From assembly GCA_016234805.1 (NCBI GenBank), contig JACRNU010000028.1:2973-66972 (forward strand): a DNA stretch of 64,000 bases. The letters are read 5' to 3'. The notes beneath the pieces are model-generated. The model was not told the DNA's origin and made no database searches. It saw only the letters and a program-made list of their open reading frames with translations. This document shows, piece after piece, positions 51,546-61,070 of the stretch. Positions within the stretch are counted from its first letter, which is position 1. Every line of letters starts with the position of its first letter. The stretch comes from Elusimicrobiota bacterium (GTDB lineage Bacteria; Elusimicrobiota; Elusimicrobia; UBA1565; UBA9628). The position numbers and the translations under genes were made by a program.

Positions 51546-52178
51546 ATGCCAAACAACCACGCCGCAGGCCTGTCGGCGGCCCCCCAAGAGGGAGCCCAGT
51601 CGCGCGTTTTGAGGTTTCTCTGGCGCAGCCGGGCCGAATGGAGCGGCCGCGAGATCGCGCGCAAGGTCGGCTTAAGCGCGCCCTCCTGTCATGACGCTCT
51701 CAAGAAGCTGGACGCTCGTGGGATCGTCCTGCTGAGACGGGTCTCGAACGTGCATCTTTACAGGATCAATGCCGAGAACTATCTCGTCCGGAACGTCTTT
51801 GCGCGGCAATTCGAAGCCGAGGCAGCCATGCCCAAGCAGGTCGCGGCCGCTGTCAGGAGGTCCTTGGTCGATTCTTCCAAGTCCGACATCCTCTCCATCG
51901 TGCTCTTCGGCAGCATGGCAAGGGGAACGGAGCAGCTCGGCAGCGATCTCGACCTATTGATTGTTCTTCCCTCAAAAGGAAGCCTGAAGGCCCTGGAGCC
52001 GCGCGTCGAACGGCTCAGGGACATGCTGTCCAGGCGCTTCAGCGTCCCGCTGGCGCCCTATATCCAGACCTTGTTGGAGCTGAGACGAAAATTCCATCAT
52101 AAGTTCCCGCTGATCCGCGAGATCCTAAAGGATGGGCGGACCATTTACGGCAAGGAACTCAAGGAACTGCTGACATGA
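51546..52178 (+). CDS. Winged-helix DNA-binding domain fused to a minimal nucleotidyltransferase (MNT) domain; antitoxin-type partner of the HEPN protein
   Basis: The wHTH region is RVLRFLWRSRAEWSGREIARKVGLSAPSCHDALKKLDARGIV. The MNT motif is LFGSMARGTEQLGSDLDLLIV. Confidence 0.8.
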   Translation: MPNNHAAGLSAAPQEGAQSRVLRFLWRSRAEWSGREIARKVGLSAPSCHDALKKLDARGIVLLRRVSNVHLYRINAENYLVRNVFARQFEAEAAMPKQVAAAVRRSLVDSSKSDILSIVLFGSMARGTEQLGSDLDLLIVLPSKGSLKALEPRVERLRDMLSRRFSVPLAPYIQTLLELRRKFHHKFPLIREILKDGRTIYGKELKELLT

Positions 52179-52585
52179 CCCCGAAGAAGCTCAAGACGCG
52201 CTCCGTTTCTCGCGAGCGCCATGCGACATATCTGAAGAAGTCACGGGAATTCCTTCGCGCCTCGGATTCGGCCTTGAAACTAGGCGATTGGGACGCCGTG
52301 GCCTTGAACGCCGTCCACGCGGCGATCTCGGCAGCTGATGCACTTCTGGTCTACTACGGCGGGGTCCGATCGACCGGAGACTCCCATCATGACGTCGCTG
52401 GCCTCCTGCGACAGCATGTCAAAGACGACCAACTCGGCTCCAAGATCCAGACTCTTTCGAAGGTGCTGAGCTACAAGAACTTATCCGCCTACGAGGACCG
52501 GGAAGTCACCGAAGCGGAAGGCAAGGATGCAGAGAAGCTCGCACGGCGGTTCTTGGAGTGGGCGCAGTCGCGCATGGACTCATAG
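52175..52585 (+). CDS. HEPN-domain protein (toxin-type partner of MNT)
   Basis: The start overlaps the upstream stop by 4 nt (ATGA). It is helical, and RSTGDSH is an R-x5-H candidate for the HEPN Rx4-6H motif. Confidence 0.75.
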   Translation: MTPKKLKTRSVSRERHATYLKKSREFLRASDSALKLGDWDAVALNAVHAAISAADALLVYYGGVRSTGDSHHDVAGLLRQHVKDDQLGSKIQTLSKVLSYKNLSAYEDREVTEAEGKDAEKLARRFLEWAQSRMDS

Positions 52586-52641
52586 GAGTCATAAGTGCCG
52601 CCTCCGGGCCCATGGCCCTGCGGATGTGAAAATGCTCCCTG

Positions 52642-53145
52642 CTAGATCGAGAACTCCCAGGAGCACCAGAACTCCTGGCCGGCCTCGGGGAAGCACGACA
52701 GGCCTCGGGTCTTGATGCGCGGGTCGATGGCCGAGGCGAAGCGCGAGTACTCGATGATGCCCACCCCGCCGCAGTGGAAATCCGGGAGCTTCTTGTCGCG
52801 CCGGGCTTTCTGCACGCGGCACTCGAGCATGGTCAGCACCAGCCGGTCGGGCGATGTCCGCTCGACCTTCTGCTTGTTGACGCAGGCGTAGAGCCTCAGC
52901 CACAGGGCCTTCTCCAGGGCGTCAAGGCCCCCGTTGGCGGGGATGCTGAAGCCGGACATGATCCGCCTGGCCTCGGCCGGGGAGAAGCGCTCCCAGGAGA
53001 GCTTGTCGAGCTCGATCGCTCGCTCCATGCCGAGCTTCTCCTCCGCGGCCAAGAACCAGCACCCGTCGTGGGCGAGCCAGTTCTTGGCGTGCGTGTCGAT
53101 GAGGGTCAGGAGCTGCTCCCGCGTGAACTCTTTTAAGTGATCCAT
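52642..53145 (-). CDS. Small cytoplasmic protein of unknown function
   Basis: 167 aa with the motif WLAHDGCWFL. It vaguely resembles ATC-hydrolase/DUF-type families, which I cannot verify. It lies 1 nt downstream of the hydratase gene. Confidence 0.55.
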   Translation of the reverse strand: MDHLKEFTREQLLTLIDTHAKNWLAHDGCWFLAAEEKLGMERAIELDKLSWERFSPAEARRIMSGFSIPANGGLDALEKALWLRLYACVNKQKVERTSPDRLVLTMLECRVQKARRDKKLPDFHCGGVGIIEYSRFASAIDPRIKTRGLSCFPEAGQEFWCSWEFSI

Positions 53146-53146
53146 G

Positions 53147-53932
53147 TCACTCCCATGAGCACGGCTTCTTGTCGAGGAAGGCCCTCGTCCCCTTCTGGGC
53201 CTCCGGGCCGGTCCTGAGCTTGGCCAGGACCTCCACGGAATGGTCCAGGGCCTGGCTCAGGGTCATCTCCGGCATCTTGTCCAGGAGGCTCTTCACCACG
53301 GCCTGGGCGCCTGGAGCGCCCGCAGCCATCCCCTTGGCGATGCCGTACGCCGCGGTCATGGCCTCGGCCGAAGGCACGACCAGGTCCACGAGGCCCAGGG
53401 ACAGAGCGGTGTCCGCGTCGAAGCGCTCGCCGCTGAGCATCCAGCGGCGCAATCGGCCTGCCGCGGTCCGCTTGAGGAGGAAAGGGGTGACGCAGGCGGG
53501 CACGACCCCGAGCCGCACTTCGCTCAGGCCGAACACGGCCTCCTTCGAAGCCACGACCACGTCGCACGCGGTCGCAAACCCCATGCCGCCCCCGATGGCC
53601 GGGCCGTTGACGGCCGCGACCGTGGGCTTGGACATGCGGTGGAGCGAACCGAAGGCCTTCACCACGGCGGCCGTGTCCGCGAGGTTCTCCTCGCGCGTAT
53701 AGTCCACGGTCTTGCGCATCCAGGCCAGGTCCGCTCCAGCGCAGAAAGCCCCGCCCGCGCCCGTGACCACCACCACGCGGACTCCCGGGTCGCGGTCCGC
53801 GTCCTGGAAGGCCTCCGCCGCCTCCTTGAGCAACGCGGCGTCGAAGGCGTTGCGCACCTCGGGCCGCGAAAGCCGGACCGTGAGGATCCTCCCCTCCAGC
53901 TCGAGTTCGATGGTGGAGAACTTCCTGCTCAT
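53147..53932 (-). CDS. Enoyl-CoA hydratase/isomerase family protein
   Basis: The start is reset to MSRKFSTIELELEGRILTV. It has AFCAGADL, AAVNGPAIGGGMGFA and GLSEVRLGV. ATGA overlap with the dedA stop. Confidence 0.85.
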   Translation of the reverse strand: MSRKFSTIELELEGRILTVRLSRPEVRNAFDAALLKEAAEAFQDADRDPGVRVVVVTGAGGAFCAGADLAWMRKTVDYTREENLADTAAVVKAFGSLHRMSKPTVAAVNGPAIGGGMGFATACDVVVASKEAVFGLSEVRLGVVPACVTPFLLKRTAAGRLRRWMLSGERFDADTALSLGLVDLVVPSAEAMTAAYGIAKGMAAGAPGAQAVVKSLLDKMPEMTLSQALDHSVEVLAKLRTGPEAQKGTRAFLDKKPCSWE

Positions 53933-54582
53933 GATTCCTCGGGCGCGTTCCTGGCCCGGATGAACTCGACGACCACCGGGATGACGGAGATGACGATGAT
54001 GGCCAGGATGACGTAGTGGAAGTGCTTCTTGACCACGGGCAGGTTGGCGAACTTGTATCCCGCGCCGAGGAAGAGCACGGTCCAGGCAACCCCGCCCGTC
54101 ACGTTGTAGAGCGCGAAGCGCGGGTAGGACATCTTCCCGATGCCGGCCACGAAGGGCGCGAAGGTCCTGATGATGGGCACGAAGCGCGCGATGATGATGG
54201 TCTTGCCCCCGTGCTTCTCGTAGAACCGGTGGGCCTTTATGAGGTGCCTGCGGTCGAAGAACAGGGAATCCTTCTTGTTGAATATCTTCGGTCCCACCCA
54301 GTACCCGATGGAGTAGTTCACCGCGTCGCCCAGGACGGCTGCCGCGGCCAAGAGGAGCATGACCTGGGGCAGGCTGATGGGCGAGCCCGGGGTCGCGGCC
54401 AGGGCGCCCACGGCAAAAAGCAGGGAATCTCCGGGCAGGTACGGGGCGATGACGAGCCCGGTCTCGGCGAAGACGATGCCGAAAAGGAGGAGATAGAGCC
54501 CGGGGCCGAGCATCCCGGCCCAATGATTGAGGTGCTTGTCCAGATGCAGGAAGAGGTCGAGGGCTTCGCGCAGGTATTCCAT
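53929..54582 (-). CDS. DedA-family (SNARE-associated) inner membrane protein
   Basis: The sequence reads FAETGLVIAPYLPGDSLLF...HGGKTIIIARFVPIIRTFAPFVAG. Confidence 0.85.
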   Translation of the reverse strand: MEYLREALDLFLHLDKHLNHWAGMLGPGLYLLLFGIVFAETGLVIAPYLPGDSLLFAVGALAATPGSPISLPQVMLLLAAAAVLGDAVNYSIGYWVGPKIFNKKDSLFFDRRHLIKAHRFYEKHGGKTIIIARFVPIIRTFAPFVAGIGKMSYPRFALYNVTGGVAWTVLFLGAGYKFANLPVVKKHFHYVILAIIVISVIPVVVEFIRARNAPEES

Positions 54583-54617
54583 AATCTAGGAGAAGGGCGG
54601 GAACACGCCCTTCAGCT

Positions 54618-57600
54618 TCAGGGGTTCCTCCTTTCGAGGCGGGAGAGCAGGCTGTAGGCGCAGGGGACGACGAACAGCGTCAGGAAGGTGGAGACAGCCA
54701 CTCCGCCGATGACCGTGACCGCCATGGGGACGCGGGTCTCTGCGCCGGGACCCAGGGCCAGGGCAGGCGGCAGGGCCGCGGCGATGGTGGAGATGGAGGT
54801 CATGAGGATGGGCCTCAGCCGGACCGGGCAGGCCTCGAGCAGGGCGTCGCGCACCGGCTTGCCCTCGGCCCGGCGCTGATTGGCGAAGTCAACCAGCAGG
54901 ATGGAGTTCTTCTTCACGATGCCCATGAGCAGTATGATGCCGATCATGGAATAGAGGTTGAGGCTCGTGTCCGTCATGCGCAGGGCCAGGAGCGCACCGG
55001 ACACGCTGAAGGGAAGGGCCAGCAGGACCGTGAACGGGTGCAGGAAGCTGTTGAACTGCGAGCCGAGCACCATGTAGGCCACGATGAGGCCCAGTCCCAG
55101 CACGAGGAGGAGGCTCTCGAAGGACTCCCGAAAGGTGCGCGCCGAGCCGCTGAAGACCACATGGTAGCCGGCGGGCAGGTCCTCGCGGGAGAGGCGCTCC
55201 ACCGCGGCCAGGGCGTGTGCCTGGGACTTGCCCGGAGCCACGTTGGCCGTGATGCCGATGGCGCGCTCGCGGTCCTTGCGCAGAATGGAGAGGAGCGTGG
55301 AGCGCTCCTCGATGCGCACCACCTCGGAGAGGCGGATCATCTCCCCACGGTTGTTGCGCACGAAGAATTTCCCGATGTCCGAGGCCTTGAGCCGGTAGCC
55401 GGTCTCGGCGCGCACGCGCACCTCGTAGCGCCTGCCCGCGTCCGTGAAATAGCCCGCCCGGACCCCGCCCACCATGGCGTTGATGACCGTGCCCACGGAT
55501 TCGACCGACACCCCGCGGCTGTAGGCCTTGGCCCGGTCCGGGTGGACCCTCACCTCGGGCATGCCTGCCCGGTAGTCGCTGTCCACGTCCACCATGAGGC
55601 CCGTTGCTTCGCAGCTCTTGACCAGCGTCTTGGAGAGGTCCACGAGCTGGTCCCAATCAGGCCCGCGCACCGAGAACTCTATGGGCATCCCTCGGTTGGC
55701 TCCGAACCCGGCCTGGGAAAGGTCCACGGGGATGGCGTTGATGCCCTGGATCTTCTTGAGCTCCTTGCGGGCCTCCTTGATGAAATCCGCCTGGGTGACG
55801 CGCTTGCCGTCCTGCCCCATGGGACGCTCTTCCGGAGGCTTCATGGTCACGAACATCATCCCGGTGGAGACCTCGCCGCCTCCCATGCCGCCCACGTTGC
55901 CGAAGTAGCGCTTGACCACGGGCCGGGAGGTCAGCCAGCTCCCGATCTCCAGGAACTTGGCGTCGGTAGCCTCGATGGAGGAACCCACGGGCGTGCGTAG
56001 GCGCAGCAGGAACATGGACTGGTCCTGGGGAGGCACGAACTCCCAGCGCAGGCCCTTGCCCAGGACGAGCGTCCCTCCGAAGAACGCGGCGGCGCAGAGC
56101 AGGACCTTCCAGCGGTGGTCCAGGCACACGGACAGCGCCCCCCGGTAGGCCTGGGACATCCTGCTGAAAAGGCTGTCGGCCGCTCTGGTCATGCCGGACA
56201 CGCGGCTGCCGTCTGCGAGGAACTGGGAGGTCCGCATCGGGGTCAGGGTCAGGGCCTCGAGGAGCGAGAGCATCACGGCCACGGAGATGGTCACCCCGAA
56301 CTGGAAGAAGAACTTGCCCACGATGCCCTTCATGAACACCACGGGCACGAAGATGGCGAGGATGGCTAGGGTCGCGGCCATGGCCGCGAAGGTGATCTCC
56401 CGGCTGCCCTCGATGGAGGCGCGCACGCGGTCCTTGCCCAGCTCGCGGTGGCGCACGATGTTCTCGAGTACCATGATGGCGTCATCGACCACGATGCCGA
56501 TGGCGAGCGTCAGGCCGAGCATGGAGAAGCTGTTGAGCGTGAACCCCAGGAAGTAGGTGGCGATGAAGGTGCCCAGGATCGAGGTCGGGATGGCCATGAG
56601 GATGTTGACGGTGGAGGACCAGGTCCCGAGGAAAAGCCAGCAGACCACGGACGTGAGGAGCGCGGAGAGGATCAGGTTGAAGTTGAGCTCGTGGACCGCG
56701 TCCTTGATGAAGCGGGTGGAGTCGAAGTTGATGTTGAGCTCGACTCCGGGAGGCAGGGACTTACGGACCTCGGAGAGCCTCTGGGTCACCTCGGCCGCGA
56801 CCTTGACCGAGTTGGCGCCCCTCTGCTTGCGGATGCCCATGCCGATCGCGCGAACGCCGTTGGCGCGCGCGATGCGCCGGGTGTCGCCCAGGCCGTCTTC
56901 GATGCGGCCGACCTCCTTGAGCTCGATGGGCACGTGGATGGGGGATCCCCCCCTCTGGGTGATGAGGAGGCTCTCGAACTCCTTGGCGGACGGGAACTCG
57001 CCGAGGGCCCGGACATTGAACTCCTTGGCCGGGGTCTCCAGGCGCCCGGCCGGGACCTCCAGGTGCTCGCGGCCGATGGCGGCCAGCACGTCCTGGGCCG
57101 TGATCTGCTTGGCCTGCATGGCCCCGGCGTCGAGCCAGACTCTCAAGTTGCGGTCCACGAGGCCGCCGAGGTGGACCTCGCCCACGCCCGGGATGGTCTG
57201 GAACCGCTGCTTGACCCGGGTCTCCATCAGGACCATCATGTCCTTCAAGGGCAGGGTGCCCGAGAGGGCCAGCCACATGATGGGATTGTCCTCCGGGTTG
57301 GACTTGGAGACCACGGCCGGGTCGAGGTTCCTCGGGAGGCGGCGCTGGAGCTGGGCGAGCTTGGCCTGGACGTCCTGGAGCGCCACGTCGATGTTCCGGT
57401 CGAGCTCGAACTCCACCGTGACCGAGGCCGAGCCCTGCCGGGAGTTCGAGGATATCTCGCGCACTCCCTCCACCGAGGTCATGGCGTCCTCCACGAGGTC
57501 CACGACCTCGGTCTCCATGATCTCCGGAGAGGCCCCCTCCCACGACAGGGAGATGGAAAGGACCGGAAAGTCCACGTCCGGCATGAGGCTGACTCCCATG

Positions 57601-57692
57601 CGGGAGAAGCCCAGCAGGCCGAAGAACATCAGGCCCAGCATGAGCATCCAGGCGAAGACCGGGTTGCGTATCGAGACGTCCGAGATGCTCAT
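54618..57692 (-). CDS. RND-family efflux transporter (AcrB-like inner membrane pump)
   Basis: The start is reset to MSISDVSIRNPVFAWMLM, an ATGA overlap with the upstream stop. It is 1024 aa with 12-TM RND topology, two large loops and VVDDAIMVLENI. Confidence 0.9.
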   Translation of the reverse strand: MSISDVSIRNPVFAWMLMLGLMFFGLLGFSRMGVSLMPDVDFPVLSISLSWEGASPEIMETEVVDLVEDAMTSVEGVREISSNSRQGSASVTVEFELDRNIDVALQDVQAKLAQLQRRLPRNLDPAVVSKSNPEDNPIMWLALSGTLPLKDMMVLMETRVKQRFQTIPGVGEVHLGGLVDRNLRVWLDAGAMQAKQITAQDVLAAIGREHLEVPAGRLETPAKEFNVRALGEFPSAKEFESLLITQRGGSPIHVPIELKEVGRIEDGLGDTRRIARANGVRAIGMGIRKQRGANSVKVAAEVTQRLSEVRKSLPPGVELNINFDSTRFIKDAVHELNFNLILSALLTSVVCWLFLGTWSSTVNILMAIPTSILGTFIATYFLGFTLNSFSMLGLTLAIGIVVDDAIMVLENIVRHRELGKDRVRASIEGSREITFAAMAATLAILAIFVPVVFMKGIVGKFFFQFGVTISVAVMLSLLEALTLTPMRTSQFLADGSRVSGMTRAADSLFSRMSQAYRGALSVCLDHRWKVLLCAAAFFGGTLVLGKGLRWEFVPPQDQSMFLLRLRTPVGSSIEATDAKFLEIGSWLTSRPVVKRYFGNVGGMGGGEVSTGMMFVTMKPPEERPMGQDGKRVTQADFIKEARKELKKIQGINAIPVDLSQAGFGANRGMPIEFSVRGPDWDQLVDLSKTLVKSCEATGLMVDVDSDYRAGMPEVRVHPDRAKAYSRGVSVESVGTVINAMVGGVRAGYFTDAGRRYEVRVRAETGYRLKASDIGKFFVRNNRGEMIRLSEVVRIEERSTLLSILRKDRERAIGITANVAPGKSQAHALAAVERLSREDLPAGYHVVFSGSARTFRESFESLLLVLGLGLIVAYMVLGSQFNSFLHPFTVLLALPFSVSGALLALRMTDTSLNLYSMIGIILLMGIVKKNSILLVDFANQRRAEGKPVRDALLEACPVRLRPILMTSISTIAAALPPALALGPGAETRVPMAVTVIGGVAVSTFLTLFVVPCAYSLLSRLERRNP

Positions 57693-58981
57693 CGCCGGGC
57701 TTCCCCGGCCTTCAGCCCGCCCGGCAAGCCGGCTGCCACGCCGAGCCGGAACCGCGAGAGCAGGAGGTCCACGCGGCCCGACTCCAGCCGCAGGCGCGCC
57801 TGCTGGAGCGTGTTGAGGGCGCCGAGCACGTCGAGGTTCGTCACCAGTCCGAGCCTGTAGTCCTCGGTCTGGGCCTTGGCATTGGCTTCGGCGAGCTCGA
57901 CCGCCTTCTCCAGGGCCGCCACCACCGCGGCCCCGGCCCGCAGGTCGCTGTGAGCCGTGCGTACCTCGGTCGCGGCCCGCCGCAGGCTGGCCGAGAGAGC
58001 GGCCGCAGCAGAGCGCTCCCGAGCCTGGCCCTGTCGGACCTGGGCCACGGTCTGCATCCCCTGGTAGAGGGGAAGCTCGGCCGAGAGCGTGAGGTCCCAC
58101 ATGATGTCCTTCTGGGTCTCGGGCCGCTTGAGGTAATAGCTTCCGTCAAAGCTCGCGACCGGCCACCGGCTCCTCCGGGACATCTCCGTGGTGTCACGGG
58201 CAGCTTCGAGGTCACGGCGCCTGGCTTCCACGTCCCCCCGGCCGCGCGAGGAAGTGATGCAGCCGTCGATGTCCCCGGCAGGGGAGAGCTCCAAGGGCGC
58301 GGGCACGAGCCTCTCTGAAAGGCCTGTCAGGAACCGCAGGGCCTCCTGGCCGTCGAGCTCCCTGCGCTTGGCCTGTTCCAGGTCCGCGATGAGCCCGGCC
58401 AGTTGCGACTCCGCGGCCAGGACCTCGCTCTTGCGCGAGCGTCCGATCTTCTCGCGATCCTTGAGTTCCCGGATGCGGTCTTCGGTGATGTCCACGAGCG
58501 CCGCCCGGATGCCGAGCTCCCGGTGAAGCCCGAGAAGGTCGAGATAGGCCCTGGCCACGTCAAGATAGAGGAGATCCTTGGCCCGCAAAAGATCGAGCTC
58601 AGCGACCGCGCCCTTGGCCTTGCCCGCGCGCAGGGCGAGGAACTCCTTCAAGCCCGTGAACAGGGGCTGGCGCACCGTGAACTTGAGCTCGGGCTTGTCG
58701 CGCGAGGAGGACGAGTCCTGGACGAACTCGCTCGCCTTGAAGGAAAGCCTGGGCTGGACCGCGGACCACAGCTCGTCGACCCTGGCCCAGGCCTCGGCCG
58801 CGGTCTCCGACCTCTGGGCCAGGTCCTCGCTCACGCCCAGGGCCCGCTCGTAGGCCTCCTGGAGGCTGATGGCCCTGCCGGCCGGGACGATCTCTGCCGC
58901 AGCCTCGGCTGGCGCGGCTGGAACGGCCGCGGCTGAGACCGGCACGAGGAAGGAAAGCATCGCGAGCAGCATCGCCATCAT
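57689..58981 (-). CDS. TolC-like outer membrane efflux protein
   Basis: The start is reset to MMAMLLAMLSFLVPVSAAA. It shows the duplicated coiled-coil pattern typical of the OEP family (SLQEAYERAL..., LDLLRAKDLLY..., RFRLGVAAG). Confidence 0.8.
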   Translation of the reverse strand: MMAMLLAMLSFLVPVSAAAVPAAPAEAAAEIVPAGRAISLQEAYERALGVSEDLAQRSETAAEAWARVDELWSAVQPRLSFKASEFVQDSSSSRDKPELKFTVRQPLFTGLKEFLALRAGKAKGAVAELDLLRAKDLLYLDVARAYLDLLGLHRELGIRAALVDITEDRIRELKDREKIGRSRKSEVLAAESQLAGLIADLEQAKRRELDGQEALRFLTGLSERLVPAPLELSPAGDIDGCITSSRGRGDVEARRRDLEAARDTTEMSRRSRWPVASFDGSYYLKRPETQKDIMWDLTLSAELPLYQGMQTVAQVRQGQARERSAAAALSASLRRAATEVRTAHSDLRAGAAVVAALEKAVELAEANAKAQTEDYRLGLVTNLDVLGALNTLQQARLRLESGRVDLLLSRFRLGVAAGLPGGLKAGEARR

Positions 58982-59018
58982 CGGGAAGGAGAGTCTAGCA
59001 AACCTGTCGGGATGGGAC

Positions 59019-60251
59019 TCAACGAGCCTGGCGCCGCACCTCTTCCGTGAACTTGGCTGGATAGACCCTGCCCACCTGGATGTCTTGGGCAGCCGCGAAC
59101 TCCGCCAGGGACCCCAAAGCCCTGCCCAACCCTGCCAAAGCCCCATCAAGATCGCCCCTGCCGAAACCCTCTTCGAAATGCACGGCCGGAACCAAGAGCC
59201 GGCCGTCCTGCCGCGAGTTCTTGGCATCGAGCCTTCCTATCAATCGACCCTGGTGGAGGATGGGCAGGCAATAATAGCCATACCGCCGCTTCGGGGCAGG
59301 CACATAAACCTCGATCTTGTAGTCGAAGCCGAACAAGTCCAAGATCCGCTGACGGTGCCACAAGAAGGAATCAAAAGGACAGATCAAGGTCGTGCCCGAC
59401 GCTGCCGGACCCTCTCCCCGCAGAGCCGGCATGTCCTCCCTCAAGGCGAACCATTCCCCGGCCAGGACACCTCCCAATCCCCCCACCTCCACTCTCACCA
59501 CTTCCCCTGCCTCCAGCATCGCAGCCAGGGCCTTGCGCCGGTCTTTCAAGGAGAACCGCGGAAAAGACAGGTAGGAGGCCAGGTCCTTGGCCGTGGCAGC
59601 GCCCATGGCATGCAGGCTCTGGCGCACGTGCCATTGGTGGAACTCAAGGGCTGAGAGCGGCTCCACTGCGGAAAGGTCCATCACGCGTGTGGCAAGGTCG
59701 TAGCGCTTGCGGAAATGCGGCCGGGAATGCACCGCCACCTTGCCGGTCATCCAAAGGAAGTGGAGCGCGTGATGGCCCGGCATCCAATCCCACCAGCCCG
59801 AGGATTTCTTCCCGCTCCTTTCCGCGAACACCGAGGCCGTGACCGGACCTTTCTCCGCCACCACGGACTCGACCTTGGCCAGGACCTTGCCGTGAGCCTT
59901 CAGCCAGGACGACCAGCCCGTGTGGGAGGTGCGGTAGTCCAGCATGGCGCGCTGCCATGCCCGAAGGTGTCCGCTAGGAACGAGGCAGGCGGCGTGCGCC
60001 CAGTACTCATAAAGAAGGCGGTCCTCGTAAGCCAGCTTGTCCAACGCGGCCTTGTCATAGGCGCCGAAACGGCTCCAGACCGTGAGATAGTGCGCGCGCT
60101 CGATGACATTGATGGAATCGAGCTGAAGGCCGCCCGTGTCCTCCACGAAGGCCCTCAAGCGGCCGGCATCGAGCGGCCCCTCCAGCGGCCGGTCCAGGTG
60201 CTGGCGCTTGAGGAACAGCCTGCGCACGGCCTCGATCGGAATGGGCTTCAT
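59019..60251 (-). CDS. YcaQ/AlkZ-like winged-helix protein (interstrand-crosslink DNA glycosylase family, formerly DUF1006)
   Basis: The sequence reads RRLFLKRQHL...GGLQLDSINVIERAHYLTVWSR...YEYWAHAAC...FDYKIEVYVPAPKRRYGYYCLPIL. Confidence 0.75.
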   Translation of the reverse strand: MKPIPIEAVRRLFLKRQHLDRPLEGPLDAGRLRAFVEDTGGLQLDSINVIERAHYLTVWSRFGAYDKAALDKLAYEDRLLYEYWAHAACLVPSGHLRAWQRAMLDYRTSHTGWSSWLKAHGKVLAKVESVVAEKGPVTASVFAERSGKKSSGWWDWMPGHHALHFLWMTGKVAVHSRPHFRKRYDLATRVMDLSAVEPLSALEFHQWHVRQSLHAMGAATAKDLASYLSFPRFSLKDRRKALAAMLEAGEVVRVEVGGLGGVLAGEWFALREDMPALRGEGPAASGTTLICPFDSFLWHRQRILDLFGFDYKIEVYVPAPKRRYGYYCLPILHQGRLIGRLDAKNSRQDGRLLVPAVHFEEGFGRGDLDGALAGLGRALGSLAEFAAAQDIQVGRVYPAKFTEEVRRQAR

Positions 60252-60275
60252 GGCGGAGGGCTTGACCGCCGCGCT

Positions 60276-61070
60276 TCAAGCAGACATTGAATGCCAACGC
60301 GCTCGGTAGGCAGCGCAGATCGTGTTGATCATCCGCTCATAGTCCTTATCAACATCGATTCCATAAGGATTGGCACGCGCGATGCTGGGGGGATGCACAT
60401 TGTCGAGCTTGACGGGCACCAGCAGCAAGTAATCAAAGCCGCGGACATGAGTCGTACCGGGCTGACGAAGAGGAAGTTCCCTGAACTTCGCGACGGTTCT
60501 TGTGACATCTCCCGCGGTGTTTTTACTCACCGCGAACGGATAATCGTCAAACAAGCTTTCATCTCCGGTTGAGAGCCTTGGCCTGACCTTTACTTCAAAT
60601 TCTTCCGGAGCCATCAAAGAACTGATCCTATCCGCGACATTGAGAAACCGCGGGGAAACGCCAACCATGACCGTCGCGACGATGATCGCCTCTGGCCGAA
60701 CCGAGTGGACACTGCCAAGGATCTTGGTCAGATCATCGAATCGATTGGTTGCGTTTCTGTGAGCCGTCACAACGCTCTTGTTCTCGCAGCAAAAGCGCAC
60801 CAGTTCGAGCTGGGCCTTGCCGGACTGTGGTTCCCCCACAAACAGGTCGATGTTGCGCTTGCGGTCTCCTGGCGCCCTGACATTGAGCCATTTCCTGAGC
60901 TTGCCGGCGGCATGGTCTTGCGAAAGCCAAGGGCACGCGAGAACGAGATCACTGAAAATGCCCTCGCTGACGATATCGGAATGTCCCTCTCGCCGCTGGT
61001 TGTGATAGCCAGCCGTGATGACGCTTGCGATGACTCGGTCGAATGGGGTGCCGCTCGGGGTCCACTTCAT
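60276..61070 (-). CDS. Probable type II restriction endonuclease (PD-(D/E)xK candidate), partner of the adjacent methyltransferase
   Basis: There is a 4 nt ATGA overlap with the methyltransferase gene and a shared low-GC composition. The candidate motif is NIDLFV...(19 aa)...CENKS. I do not recognise the family. Confidence 0.5.
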   Translation of the reverse strand: MKWTPSGTPFDRVIASVITAGYHNQRREGHSDIVSEGIFSDLVLACPWLSQDHAAGKLRKWLNVRAPGDRKRNIDLFVGEPQSGKAQLELVRFCCENKSVVTAHRNATNRFDDLTKILGSVHSVRPEAIIVATVMVGVSPRFLNVADRISSLMAPEEFEVKVRPRLSTGDESLFDDYPFAVSKNTAGDVTRTVAKFRELPLRQPGTTHVRGFDYLLLVPVKLDNVHPPSIARANPYGIDVDKDYERMINTICAAYRARWHSMSA

